Origin: Candidatus Eiseniibacteriota bacterium
Lineage (GTDB): Bacteria; Eisenbacteria; RBG-16-71-46
Assembly: GCA_044222065.1 (NCBI GenBank)
Contig: JBGAOA010000044.1
Span: forward strand, 1 to 35,028
Length of the DNA stretch: 35,028 bases
Direction of reading: 5' to 3'
The notes under the pieces are model-generated. The model searched no databases. It was not told where the DNA came from and saw only the letters and a program-made list of their open reading frames with translations. Below, piece by piece: positions 16,962 to 25,576 of the stretch. Each line of letters starts with the position of its first letter. Position 1 is the first letter of the stretch. The position numbers and the translations under genes are program-made.

Positions 16962-19436
16962 TCAGCCCTCCGGCGCGAACGTCATCTTGCAGTTCGGACA
17001 CCGCAGCGTCCTGCCCTTCTTCGTCTCCTTCTCGAGCAGGAACGGGTTCGAACAGTTCGGGCACGGCTTCGGCACCGGGCGGTCCCACACGGCGAACGTG
17101 CACTCGGGGTAGCGCGTGCAGCTGAAGAACACCTTGCCGCGGCGCGTGCGCTTCTCGAGCAGTTCGCCCGTGCCGCACTCGGGGCACGCGATGCCGAGCG
17201 TCAGCTTCTTCGTGAACTTGCACTCGGGCCGGCGCTCGCACGAGATGAACTTCCCGTACGGGCCGTTGCGGATCACGAGCCCCGAACCGCACAGCTCGCA
17301 CGCGCCCTCGGTCGGCACCGGCATGTCCTCGTCGTCCACCGGGCGCGTGTACTTGCACTCGGGATAGCCCGGGCACGCGAGGAACGCGCCGCGCCGCCCG
17401 AAGCGGCGGATCAGCTGCCGGCCGCAATTCGGGCACGCGACGTCGGTCGTCTTCTGCGCGAACGCGCGCAGGCTCTTCACGTCCTTCTCGGCGCGCTCGA
17501 GGTCCTTCGAGAGCGGCTGCCACAGATCGCGCACGACGTGGTGCCACTCCTGCGAGCCGTCCTCGATGCCGTCGAGTTCGTCCTCCATGCCGGCCGTGAA
17601 CTTCACGTCGAACACGTCCGGGAATTCCTGCACGAGCATCCGCACGACGGTGCGTCCGAGGTCGGTCGGCAGCAGCCGGCCCTTGTCGCGCAGCACGTAC
17701 TGGCGCGACGTGATCGTCGTGACGATCGTCGCGTAGGTGCTCGGGCGCCCGATGTTCTCCTCTTCGAGCGTCTTCACGAGCGATGCTTCCGTGTAGCGCG
17801 GCGGCGGCTGCGTGAAGTGCTGCTCGGGCCGGACGACGCGCTCCTCGGCCTCGGGCAGCGGCTCCTTCGCGAGCGTGAGCGGCGCGCCGGCCTCGAGTTC
17901 GGGCAGCCGCGCGTCGCGCTCGTCGTCCTCCTCGTCGAGGCCGTAGAGCTTCTGGAAGCCGGCGAACTTCAGCACGCGTCCGGTCGCGCGCAGCCCGAAG
18001 CGCCCCGCCTCGACTTCGACCGTCGTCGCGAGGTACTCGGCCGACGCCGCCTGCGAGGCGGTCGCGCGCTTCCAGATGAGGTCGTAGAGCTTGAACTGCT
18101 CCTCGGACAGGAACGCGCGCACCGACTCGGGCGTGCGCTCGACGTACGTCGGGCGGATCGCCTCGTGCGCGTCCTGCGCCGACTTCTTGCCGCGGTACTG
18201 GCGCGGCGACTCGGGCACGAAGTCCGGGCCGAGGTTCGCGCCGAGCCACGCGCGGATCGCCCCGATCGCCTCGCCCGCGAGGCGCGGCGAGTCGGTGCGC
18301 ATGTAGGTGATGAGGCCGACCGAGCCTTCGGACCCGAGCTGGACGCCCTCGTAGAGCTGCTGCGCGACCTTCATCGTGCGCTGGCTCGTGAAGCCGAGCC
18401 GGTTGAAGGCCGTCTGCTGGAGCGTGCTCGTGATGAACGGCGGGCGCGGATGCACCTGCTTCGGCGCGGTCTGCACGTCGGCGACGCGCGCCGCGGCCTT
18501 CGCGAGTTCCGCCGCGTAGCCGAGCGCCGTGCGCTCGGGCGCGTCCCCGCGGATCTGCGCCTGCTCGAGCGTCTCGCGGTCCACGCGCACGAGGCGCGCG
18601 GTGAAGCGCTCGTGCGCGGCGGTCTCGAAGTCGGCTTCGAGCGTCCAGTACTCGACCGGGACGAACGCCTCGATTTCGTCCTCGCGCTCGGCGAGCAGCC
18701 GCAGCGCGACCGTCTGGACGCGCCCGGCCGACAGCCCGAAGAACAGCGTCTTCCACAGGAGCGGGCTCACCTTGTAGCCCACGAGCCGGTCGAGGACGCG
18801 GCGCGCCTGCTGCGCGTTGACGAGGTTCATGTCGATGTCGCGCGGGTTCTCGAGCGCCTGCTTCACCGCGCGCTCGGTGATCTCGTTGAACGTCAGCCGT
18901 TGCATCGGGCGCTTCGCCGGCCCGAGCGCCTGCGCGAGGTGGAACGCGATTGCCTCGCCTTCGCGGTCCGGGTCGGGCGCGAGGAAGATGCGCTCCGCCG
19001 AACGCGCGGCGACCTTGAGCTTCGCGAGCGCCTGGTTCTTCGTGCGGATCGGTTCGTACTGCGGCTCGAAGTCGTTCTCGAGGTCCACACCGAGCTTCGA
19101 CTTCGGCAGGTCCATGACGTGGCCGTTCGACGCCATCACGCTGAAGCCGCGGCCGAGGAATTTGTTCAGCGTTCGCGACTTGGTCGGCGACTCGACGATG
19201 ACGAGGGACTTGCCCTTCGCGGCGGCGCTCGCCTGCTCCGCGGCCTCGGCGCCGAGCGGCTCCTCCGTCGCGGCGGCCGTCGCGCGGGCGCGCGGGGCCT
19301 TCGGCTTCGCCGCCTTCTTCGTGGCGGCCTTGCGTGTCGTCTTGCGCGGCGCCGGCGCGGCGGCCGTGTCGCCCGCTTCGCCCGGCGTTCCGCCGGACTT
19401 GCTCGCGCGCCTAGTTCGCGAGGTCGTGTTCGCCAT
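16962..19436 (-). CDS. topA: DNA topoisomerase I (type IA) with four C-terminal Zn-ribbon-type Cys clusters
   Basis: LVIVESP.K, GHVMDLP, DPDREGEAIA, SAGRVQ, catalytic GLITYMRTDS, AQDAHEAIRPT, IGRPSTYA; ATG with GGAG SD. Confidence 0.97.
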   Translation of the reverse strand: MANTTSRTRRASKSGGTPGEAGDTAAAPAPRKTTRKAATKKAAKPKAPRARATAAATEEPLGAEAAEQASAAAKGKSLVIVESPTKSRTLNKFLGRGFSVMASNGHVMDLPKSKLGVDLENDFEPQYEPIRTKNQALAKLKVAARSAERIFLAPDPDREGEAIAFHLAQALGPAKRPMQRLTFNEITERAVKQALENPRDIDMNLVNAQQARRVLDRLVGYKVSPLLWKTLFFGLSAGRVQTVALRLLAEREDEIEAFVPVEYWTLEADFETAAHERFTARLVRVDRETLEQAQIRGDAPERTALGYAAELAKAAARVADVQTAPKQVHPRPPFITSTLQQTAFNRLGFTSQRTMKVAQQLYEGVQLGSEGSVGLITYMRTDSPRLAGEAIGAIRAWLGANLGPDFVPESPRQYRGKKSAQDAHEAIRPTYVERTPESVRAFLSEEQFKLYDLIWKRATASQAASAEYLATTVEVEAGRFGLRATGRVLKFAGFQKLYGLDEEDDERDARLPELEAGAPLTLAKEPLPEAEERVVRPEQHFTQPPPRYTEASLVKTLEEENIGRPSTYATIVTTITSRQYVLRDKGRLLPTDLGRTVVRMLVQEFPDVFDVKFTAGMEDELDGIEDGSQEWHHVVRDLWQPLSKDLERAEKDVKSLRAFAQKTTDVACPNCGRQLIRRFGRRGAFLACPGYPECKYTRPVDDEDMPVPTEGACELCGSGLVIRNGPYGKFISCERRPECKFTKKLTLGIACPECGTGELLEKRTRRGKVFFSCTRYPECTFAVWDRPVPKPCPNCSNPFLLEKETKKGRTLRCPNCKMTFAPEG

Positions 19437-19893
19437 GGGGGATCTCCGTGCCCTCCGTCGCTCCGTCCTGCAGCGCCACGCGCGTCGCGAATTCGATCGC
19501 GAGGTCGGCGCCGACCGGACGCACACCGCAACCACCCAGCATCTCCAGCACCTGCTCGAACTGCTCGGGCGAGAGCGAACCGCTGCGCCGCAGCGCGAGC
19601 AGCGCGCCCCACGCCTCGGGCGACAACAGTTCGCGCTCCTCGCGGCTCAGCACGCGCTGAACGTCGGCGCCCTTCGGCGCGACGGCCGGCGTGTCGCTCC
19701 ACCCCGTGTCGTTCGCGACGGCACGCAGCACGAGCGACGCGGCGTGCAGGTCGTCCTCGCCGAAGCCCGCGTCCTCGAGGGCCTGGGCGAGCGAATCCAG
19801 CGCGAACTCGTCGCCTTCGAGGTGCGCTTCGATGCGACGGGCCAGCAGACGGAGCACGCGGTGCACGGCTTCGCGCTGTTCCTGATCGCTCAC
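19411..19893 (-). CDS. smg: Smg / DUF494 family protein
   Basis: L…LEDAGF.EDD…A…L and RVLS.EE..LLS.EA.G.L..L…G.L….E.V.E patterns; immediately upstream of topA; GTGA overlap with the secA stop. Confidence 0.75.
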   Translation of the reverse strand: MSDQEQREAVHRVLRLLARRIEAHLEGDEFALDSLAQALEDAGFGEDDLHAASLVLRAVANDTGWSDTPAVAPKGADVQRVLSREERELLSPEAWGALLALRRSGSLSPEQFEQVLEMLGGCGVRPVGADLAIEFATRVALQDGATEGTEIPHGEHDLAN

Positions 19894-22800
19894 GAAAGAC
19901 CTCCCGAGCCCTCGTCGATCGGCATGTGGCACTTCTTGTACTTCTTGCCGCTCCCGCACGGACACGGGTCGTTGCGTCCGACGCGAGGGCCGGTGCGCAC
20001 CGCCGGCGCGGCGGGCGCGGATCGGGGCGCCGGGCGCGCGGCCGCGCCGCCGGCGGGCGCGCCGACCTCGGCGACCTCCGGCTCGTCGGTCGGAGCACCC
20101 GTGAACGCGCTCTGGGCCTCGGCGTGCTGTGCGACGACGGTGCGCGGCGCCGGTCGGCGCTGCATGTCCTGCACCGCCGCCTCGGGCTGGAGCTGCACCC
20201 GGAACAGCCGCTGAACGAAGTCCTCGCGCGTCTCGCGCACGAGCGTCTCGAACAGCGTGAACGCCTCCTTCTTGTACTCGATCAGCGGATCGCGCTGGCC
20301 ATACGCGCGCAGTCCGATGCCGCCCTTCAGGTGGTCGAGTTCGTAGAGGTGGTCGCGCCAGTGCTCGTCCACGGTGAACAGGTAGAGGTGCCGCTCGAGC
20401 TGGCGCATGAGCTCGGGCGTGAACTCGCGCTCGCGCGCGCGGTAGGCGTTCTCGCCGATCGCGACCGCCTTCGCTTCGAGTGACTCCTCGGTCGGCTGGT
20501 CCAGGTCGCCGTCCGATACCGGGGCGAGGAACAGGTACGAGAGTTCGTCCGCGAGGCCGCGCACGTTCCACTCGGCGCGCGCGCCACCCGCCGTCGCCTT
20601 CGCGACCCGCTCCTTCACCGAGTCGCCGACCTGTTCGAGCACGTGGGCGCTCAGGTCCTCGGTCGAGAGCGCGCGATCGCGCAGGCCGTAGACGATCTCG
20701 CGCTGCTGGTTCATGACGTTGTCGTACTCGAGCAGGTGCTTGCGGATGTCGAAATTGTGCGCCTCGACCCGCTTCTGCGCGCGCCCGATCGCGGCCGTGA
20801 CCATGCCGTGCTCGATGACCTCGCCCTCTTCGACGCCCATGCGCTCCATGAGCGTCGCGATGCGATCGCTCCCGAACAGGCGCATGAGGTCGTCCTCGAG
20901 CGACAGATAGAAGCGCGACTCGCCCGGGTCGCCCTGACGGCCGGAACGGCCGCGCAGCTGGCGGTCGATGCGCCGCGACTCGTGGCGTTCGGTGCCGACG
21001 ATCGCGAGGCCGCCGAGGTCGGCGACGCCCGGTCCGAGCTTGATGTCGGTGCCACGGCCGGCCATGTTCGTCGCGATCGTGACGGAGCCCTTCTGGCCCG
21101 CCTGCGCGACGATCTCGGCTTCCTGCTGGTGGTACTTCGCGTTCAGCACGCTGTGCTTCACGCCGCGCCGCTTGAGCATGCGGCTCAGCAACTCGCTGAC
21201 CTCGACGCTGATCGTGCCGACCAGCACGGGCTGGCCCTTCTCGTAGAGCTGGACGATCTCTTCGATCACGGCGTTGTACTTCTCGCGCTTCGTCTTGTAG
21301 ACGACGTCGTTGTGGTCCGCGCGCCGCACCTTCTGGTGCGTCGGGATCACGGTCACGTCGAGCTTGTAGATCTCCCAGAACTCGCCCGCCTCGGTCTCGG
21401 CGGTGCCCGTCATGCCCGCGAGCTTCTCGTACATGCGGAAGTAGTTCTGGATCGTGATCGTCGCGAGCGTCTGCGTCTCCCCTTCGACGCGCACGCCTTC
21501 CTTGGCCTCGATCGCCTGGTGGATGCCGTCCGAGTAGCGGCGGCCGGGCATGAGGCGTCCGGTGAACTCGTCCACGATCATGACCTTCCCGTCCTGCACG
21601 ACGTACTCGACGTCGCGGTCGTAGAGCGAGTAGGCCTTCAGCAGCGCCTGCACGTTGTGGATCTTCTCGGTCTTCGCGGCGTACGCGCGGTAGATGCCGT
21701 CGCGCTCCTGCACGCGCTGCTCCTGCTCCAGGTCCTCGCGGCCCTCGAGTTCGGACAGCGCCGCCGCGAGATCGGGCACGACGAAGCGCTCGGGATCGGA
21801 CGGCGACATGATTTCGCGCCCCTTCTCGAGCAGGTCCACGTTGCGAGCCTTCTCATCGATCGCGTAGAAGAGTGTCTCGTCGAGTTCGTGCATGCGCTTG
21901 TCGCGCAGGTAGTCGAGCTCGACCTTCGTGATGAGCTTCTTCAGGCCCGGCTGGTCCGAGAGCAGCTTCATGAAGCGCTTCTGCTTCGGCGCCGCGCGCT
22001 GGATCTGGAGCAGCTTCACGCCCGCGTCGTACTCCTGCTTCGAATCGGGCAGCATCTGCTCCGCCTCCGAGAGCAGTTGCGTGACGAGCTGGCTCTGGGC
22101 CCTCACGACGCGTTCGACGAGCGGCTTCAGGTCGTCGAACGCCTGGTCGCTGTGCTCGACTGGACCCGAGATGATCAGCGGTGTGCGCGCTTCGTCGATC
22201 AGCACGGAGTCCACTTCGTCCACGATCGCGTACACGAAGCCGCGGTGCACCCGGTGCTCGGGACGCACGGCCATGTTGTCGCGCAGGTAGTCGAACCCAA
22301 GTTCGTTGTTCGTGCCGTACGTGATGTCGCACAGGTACTGGGCGCGCCGCGTCGGCGGATCCTGCCCCTGCTGCACGCAGCCGACCGTCAGCCCGAGGAA
22401 CTGGTAGACGGCACCCATCCACTCGCTGTCGCGGCGGGCGAGGTAGTCGTTCACCGTGACGAGGTGCGCGCCGCGGCCGGCGAGCGCGTTGAGGTAGAGC
22501 GGCATGGTCGCGACGAGGGTCTTGCCCTCGCCCGTCGCCATCTCCGAGATCTTGCCCTCGTGGAGCATGATCCCGCCGATGAGCTGCACGTCGTAGGGAA
22601 CCATCTCCCACCGGAGCGGCAGGCCGCAGACGTCCCAGGACTGGCCGCACAGTCGGCGGCAGGTGTCCTTCACGGCCGCGAACGCCTCGGGGAGCAGCGC
22701 GTTCAGCGCCTCCTGTTCGGCGCTCCGGCGCTCGTCGGCGTCGTCCAGCCCCTCGAGCGCCTCGGCGATCCGGCGGCGGAATTCCACGGTCTTCGCCCGC

Positions 22801-22928
22801 AGGTCGTCGTCGCTCAGGCCGGCGTACTCGGCGGCGAACTCGTTGATCTGGACCACGAGATCCCGGGCTCGCCGGATTTCGCGGTCGTGCTTCGTGCCGA
22901 AGATGGACTTCAGAAGGGTTTCGAACAT
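19890..22928 (-). CDS. secA: Preprotein translocase subunit SecA
   Basis: [97 protein letters not shown]. Confidence 0.98.
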   Translation of the reverse strand: MFETLLKSIFGTKHDREIRRARDLVVQINEFAAEYAGLSDDDLRAKTVEFRRRIAEALEGLDDADERRSAEQEALNALLPEAFAAVKDTCRRLCGQSWDVCGLPLRWEMVPYDVQLIGGIMLHEGKISEMATGEGKTLVATMPLYLNALAGRGAHLVTVNDYLARRDSEWMGAVYQFLGLTVGCVQQGQDPPTRRAQYLCDITYGTNNELGFDYLRDNMAVRPEHRVHRGFVYAIVDEVDSVLIDEARTPLIISGPVEHSDQAFDDLKPLVERVVRAQSQLVTQLLSEAEQMLPDSKQEYDAGVKLLQIQRAAPKQKRFMKLLSDQPGLKKLITKVELDYLRDKRMHELDETLFYAIDEKARNVDLLEKGREIMSPSDPERFVVPDLAAALSELEGREDLEQEQRVQERDGIYRAYAAKTEKIHNVQALLKAYSLYDRDVEYVVQDGKVMIVDEFTGRLMPGRRYSDGIHQAIEAKEGVRVEGETQTLATITIQNYFRMYEKLAGMTGTAETEAGEFWEIYKLDVTVIPTHQKVRRADHNDVVYKTKREKYNAVIEEIVQLYEKGQPVLVGTISVEVSELLSRMLKRRGVKHSVLNAKYHQQEAEIVAQAGQKGSVTIATNMAGRGTDIKLGPGVADLGGLAIVGTERHESRRIDRQLRGRSGRQGDPGESRFYLSLEDDLMRLFGSDRIATLMERMGVEEGEVIEHGMVTAAIGRAQKRVEAHNFDIRKHLLEYDNVMNQQREIVYGLRDRALSTEDLSAHVLEQVGDSVKERVAKATAGGARAEWNVRGLADELSYLFLAPVSDGDLDQPTEESLEAKAVAIGENAYRAREREFTPELMRQLERHLYLFTVDEHWRDHLYELDHLKGGIGLRAYGQRDPLIEYKKEAFTLFETLVRETREDFVQRLFRVQLQPEAAVQDMQRRPAPRTVVAQHAEAQSAFTGAPTDEPEVAEVGAPAGGAAARPAPRSAPAAPAVRTGPRVGRNDPCPCGSGKKYKKCHMPIDEGSGGLS

Positions 22929-22935
22929 GGCGCGG

Positions 22936-22941
22936 AGAATA
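22936..22941 (-). promoter_or_regulatory. Candidate -10 element for a leaderless secA mRNA
   Basis: TATTCT lies 7 nt upstream of the secA ATG; there is no SD-like sequence and no properly spaced -35. Confidence 0.45.
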
Positions 22942-23024
22942 GAGGATGTGTCAAACGGACGCGCGGCGGCGGCCGTTCGGGACCTTCGGGGCGGGTGGCG
23001 GGTGGCGTTGCGGCCGGTCAGACG

Positions 23025-23055
23025 ACGCGGCCCGGTGCCTGGCACCGGGCCGCGT
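23025..23055. terminator. Perfect 15-bp inverted repeat downstream of csp (terminator-like, no U-tract)
   Basis: ACGCGGCCCGGTGCC-T-GGCACCGGGCCGCGT, 23 nt after the csp stop. Confidence 0.6.
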
Positions 23056-23078
23056 GGACTTCGGGCGGAAAACGGTGC

Positions 23079-23276
23079 TCAAACCCGGTGTACTTGAGAA
23101 GCCTCCTCCCCGCGTTCGCTCGTGCGAACTTCGAACTCGACCTGCTCGCCTTCCTGCAGCGTGCGGAAGCCCGAACCCTCGATCGCGGAGTGATGCACGA
23201 AGACCTCGTGTCCTTCGGTCGAAATGAAGCCATAGCCTTTCTGATCACTGAACCACTTGACGGTACCGCGCGCCAT
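23079..23276 (-). CDS. Cold-shock domain protein (CspA family)
   Basis: GTVKWF, RNP1 KGYGFI, RNP2 [25 protein letters not shown]. Confidence 0.96.
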   Translation of the reverse strand: MARGTVKWFSDQKGYGFISTEGHEVFVHHSAIEGSGFRTLQEGEQVEFEVRTSERGEEASQVHRV

Positions 23277-23331
23277 GAGTCGTCCTCCCTACTTCCCGTG
23301 GAAGACCTCAGAAAGGCCCGAAGCCGGCGAC

Positions 23332-23360
23332 AGAGTGAGCCCGGGGCGGGCCGGGGTCAA
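23332..23360 (-). promoter_or_regulatory. Candidate sigma70 promoter for csp
   Basis: TTGACC (23360-23355), 17 bp spacer, CACTCT (23337-23332); the -10 is weak. Confidence 0.45.
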
Positions 23361-23414
23361 GCGCCAATCGGATCGGCAACGACAAGGATCCGAAAAAGCC
23401 GCGCGCGGTGAACG

Positions 23415-24339
23415 TCAGCGCGGCGCGCGCGTGCGGTGCAGATTCCAGCGATCCTGCAGCTCGAGCGCGCGCGCGTGATCCGGCTCGAACTCGAGCACGA
23501 GCGCGACCTGCTCGAGCGCCTGCGAGCGCATGCCGAGTCCCTCGAACGCGAGCGCCAGTTCGAGCCGCGCGTCGTGGTAGTCCGGGTGCAGCTCGAGCGC
23601 GCGCGCGAGCGACGACACGGCGTCGTCCCAGTGCCCCTGGCGCAGCTCGATCGTGCCGAGCAGCGCGTGCAGGTCGGGGTAGCGGCCGCGCGCCCGCAGG
23701 CATTCGCGCAGGAGGTCCGCCGCCGCCGGCAGCGCCTCGCGGTCCACGAGCCGGGGGGAGCGCACGCGTTCGAGGCGCTCGTCCAGCTCGGGATCGCCGA
23801 GCTTGAGCGAGCGCCGGGAACAGCGTGCCCGCCTCCTCCCACTCCGCCTGATCGAGCGCCTCGAACGCGTGCGCGAACGTCACCGGGTCCACGAGCGAGT
23901 CGCCTTCGGCGAGCGCGCGGATCTCGTCGCGCGCGGCGACGAGCCGGCCCTCGCGCGCGTCGAGCAGGGCACGCTCGAGCCGCGCGGCGCGGTAGTTCGG
24001 ATTGATGCCGAGCGCCCGCTCGAGTTCGGCGCGGGCGTCGCCGAGACGTCCGAGCGACACGAGCGCGCGCGCATCGAGGAAGCGCAGGTCCGCGTGATCG
24101 GGGCAGCGCTCGATCGCGAGGCCGAGCGCCTCGTGCGCGAACTCGTGGCGTCCGCGTCCGAGCGCGGCGCGCGCGACGCGCAGCAGCACGTCGGCGACTT
24201 CGCGTGCGGACGCCGCGCCGCCCGGCTGCCGCGCGAGGATCCGGCGCGTGATCGCGATCGCGTCCTCGAAGCGGTCCTCGCCAGCGGCCTGAACGACGTC
24301 GTCGAACGCTCCGCCCTTGCGGTCCTCGTTGCGGCTCAT
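23415..24339 (-). CDS. Tetratricopeptide repeat protein, split by one extra base near 23816-23818
   Basis: TPR motifs in both frames (ELERALGINPNYRAA; SLARALELHPDYHDARLELA). The span is 925 bp = 3n+1, and deleting one base gives …GTLFRRSLKLGDPELDERLERV… in frame with the 3' part. Confidence 0.8.
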
Positions 24340-24356
24340 GACACGGGTCCTTCCGT

Positions 24357-25007
24357 TCAGTTCAGCCAGCCGGCCGCGACCTTCATGGCGTAGCCGGCGG
24401 CGAGCGTGATGCCGAGGTTGTCGTCGAGAGGTATCGGCAGCACCTCCACCAGACTTGCGACCACCGCCCCCACGACGAGCACCGGCCACGGCACGAACCC
24501 CATCCCGGCGACGAACGCCCCCCAGAGCAGGCACGCGGCGAGCCCGGCGCCGGCCCCTTCGAGTGACTTGTGAAACAGGCGGGTCTTGCCGAAGGCCCGG
24601 CCGACGATGGCCGCGAAGCCGTCCCCGAGCACCGTGAAGCCGATCGCGGCCGCGGCGAGCGGCTGCGGGAAGATCTCGACCGCGAGCAGGGAGGCCAGCA
24701 CCAGGTAGGTCGAGCCGAGCAGGCTCAGGCGCTCGTGCTCCCGGATCATCTCCCCGAAGAAGCTCCGGAAGAACGTCGCGACGCGGCGCTCGTGGATGCG
24801 CAGCAGGTCGATCGCGATCGCTCCCACGAGCAGGACGAGGAAGAGCACCGCGAACTGGTGCCGGCCGCGCGGCCAGGGCAGCCATTCGAACAGCAGGCCG
24901 AGCGGAATGACGAGCGCCCCGAGGTGGATCGCCTTGCGGCGGACCTCGGCGAGGAACGAAGGGGAGCTGAGGCGGTCGGCCGCGTCGTTCGAGCGTTCGT
25001 GGGGCAC
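24357..25007 (-). CDS. Phytol/dolichol/CTP-dependent DAG kinase-like membrane protein (CTP_transf_1 clan)
   Basis: EVRRKAIH, REHE, GSTY, GDGFAAIVG, KSLEG, LDDNL; multiple transmembrane helices. Confidence 0.85.
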   Translation of the reverse strand: MPHERSNDAADRLSSPSFLAEVRRKAIHLGALVIPLGLLFEWLPWPRGRHQFAVLFLVLLVGAIAIDLLRIHERRVATFFRSFFGEMIREHERLSLLGSTYLVLASLLAVEIFPQPLAAAAIGFTVLGDGFAAIVGRAFGKTRLFHKSLEGAGAGLAACLLWGAFVAGMGFVPWPVLVVGAVVASLVEVLPIPLDDNLGITLAAGYAMKVAAGWLN

Positions 25008-25013
25008 GGCGGC

Positions 25014-25022
25014 ACGCTAGCA
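25014..25022 (-). promoter_or_regulatory. Extended -10 promoter, probably leaderless, for the kinase-TPR pair
   Basis: TGcTAGCGT lies 6 nt upstream of the GTG start; no SD. Confidence 0.55.
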
Positions 25023-25186
25023 GAAATTCCCTGCACCGGGCCGCGAACCCGGTTCATCCGAAGCGGCCACGGGCGCCGCGCCGGCCCCAGGGCGGAGGCA
25101 CCGACCGCCCGCGAGGCCCGACGCGCGACGTCCGGAACGACCGAGGCTCGCTCGAATCACGAACGCACGACCCAGGGGAGGATGCG

Positions 25187-25576
25187 ATGCCCGTACCCGG
25201 CGCGGGGGACCGCATTCGCGCGGCCGTGTCGAGATGGCCCGAAGTGACGACCGCACCGCATCGCTTCGGCGGCCTCGAGTTCCGGGTCGGGCGGCGCGAG
25301 ATCGGACACATCCACGGCGATCGGCTCGTGGACATCCCGTTCCCGAAGCGGGTGCGCGACGAAGTGCTCGCGCGCGGAGACGCGGTCGCCCATCACGTGC
25401 TGCCCGACAGCGGCTGGGTGAGCGTGTGGGTGGACCGGCCCGAGGACGTCGAGCGCGCGCTCGCGCTGCTCGGCGCAGCCACGCCCTCGCTCGCCTCGCG
25501 CTCCGCGCGCACTCCCGCGCCGGCGCACGGCGCGATCCCCGGAACGCCCCCGCTCACCGACTCCGCGCGGGCCTGA
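25187..25576 (+). CDS. DUF5519 / luciferase-like domain protein
   Basis: HRFGG.EFR.G.REIGHIHG…DIPFP…HHVLPDSGWV; GGAGG SD; overlaps the convergent slt end by 23 bp. Confidence 0.8.
   Translation: MPVPGAGDRIRAAVSRWPEVTTAPHRFGGLEFRVGRREIGHIHGDRLVDIPFPKRVRDEVLARGDAVAHHVLPDSGWVSVWVDRPEDVERALALLGAATPSLASRSARTPAPAHGAIPGTPPLTDSARA

Noticed and set aside
22949..22954. Perfect TTGACA upstream of secA as the -35 for TATTCT
   Set aside because: It is only 7 bp from the TATTCT hexamer, and there is no convincing -10 at 16-18 bp.
16329..23411. Very long plus-strand ORFs (1384 aa, 922 aa) and similar ORFs across the window
   Set aside because: Antisense or alternate-frame shadows of topA, secA and other genes. 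They are Arg/Ala-rich with no motifs, as expected where stop codons are rare at high GC.
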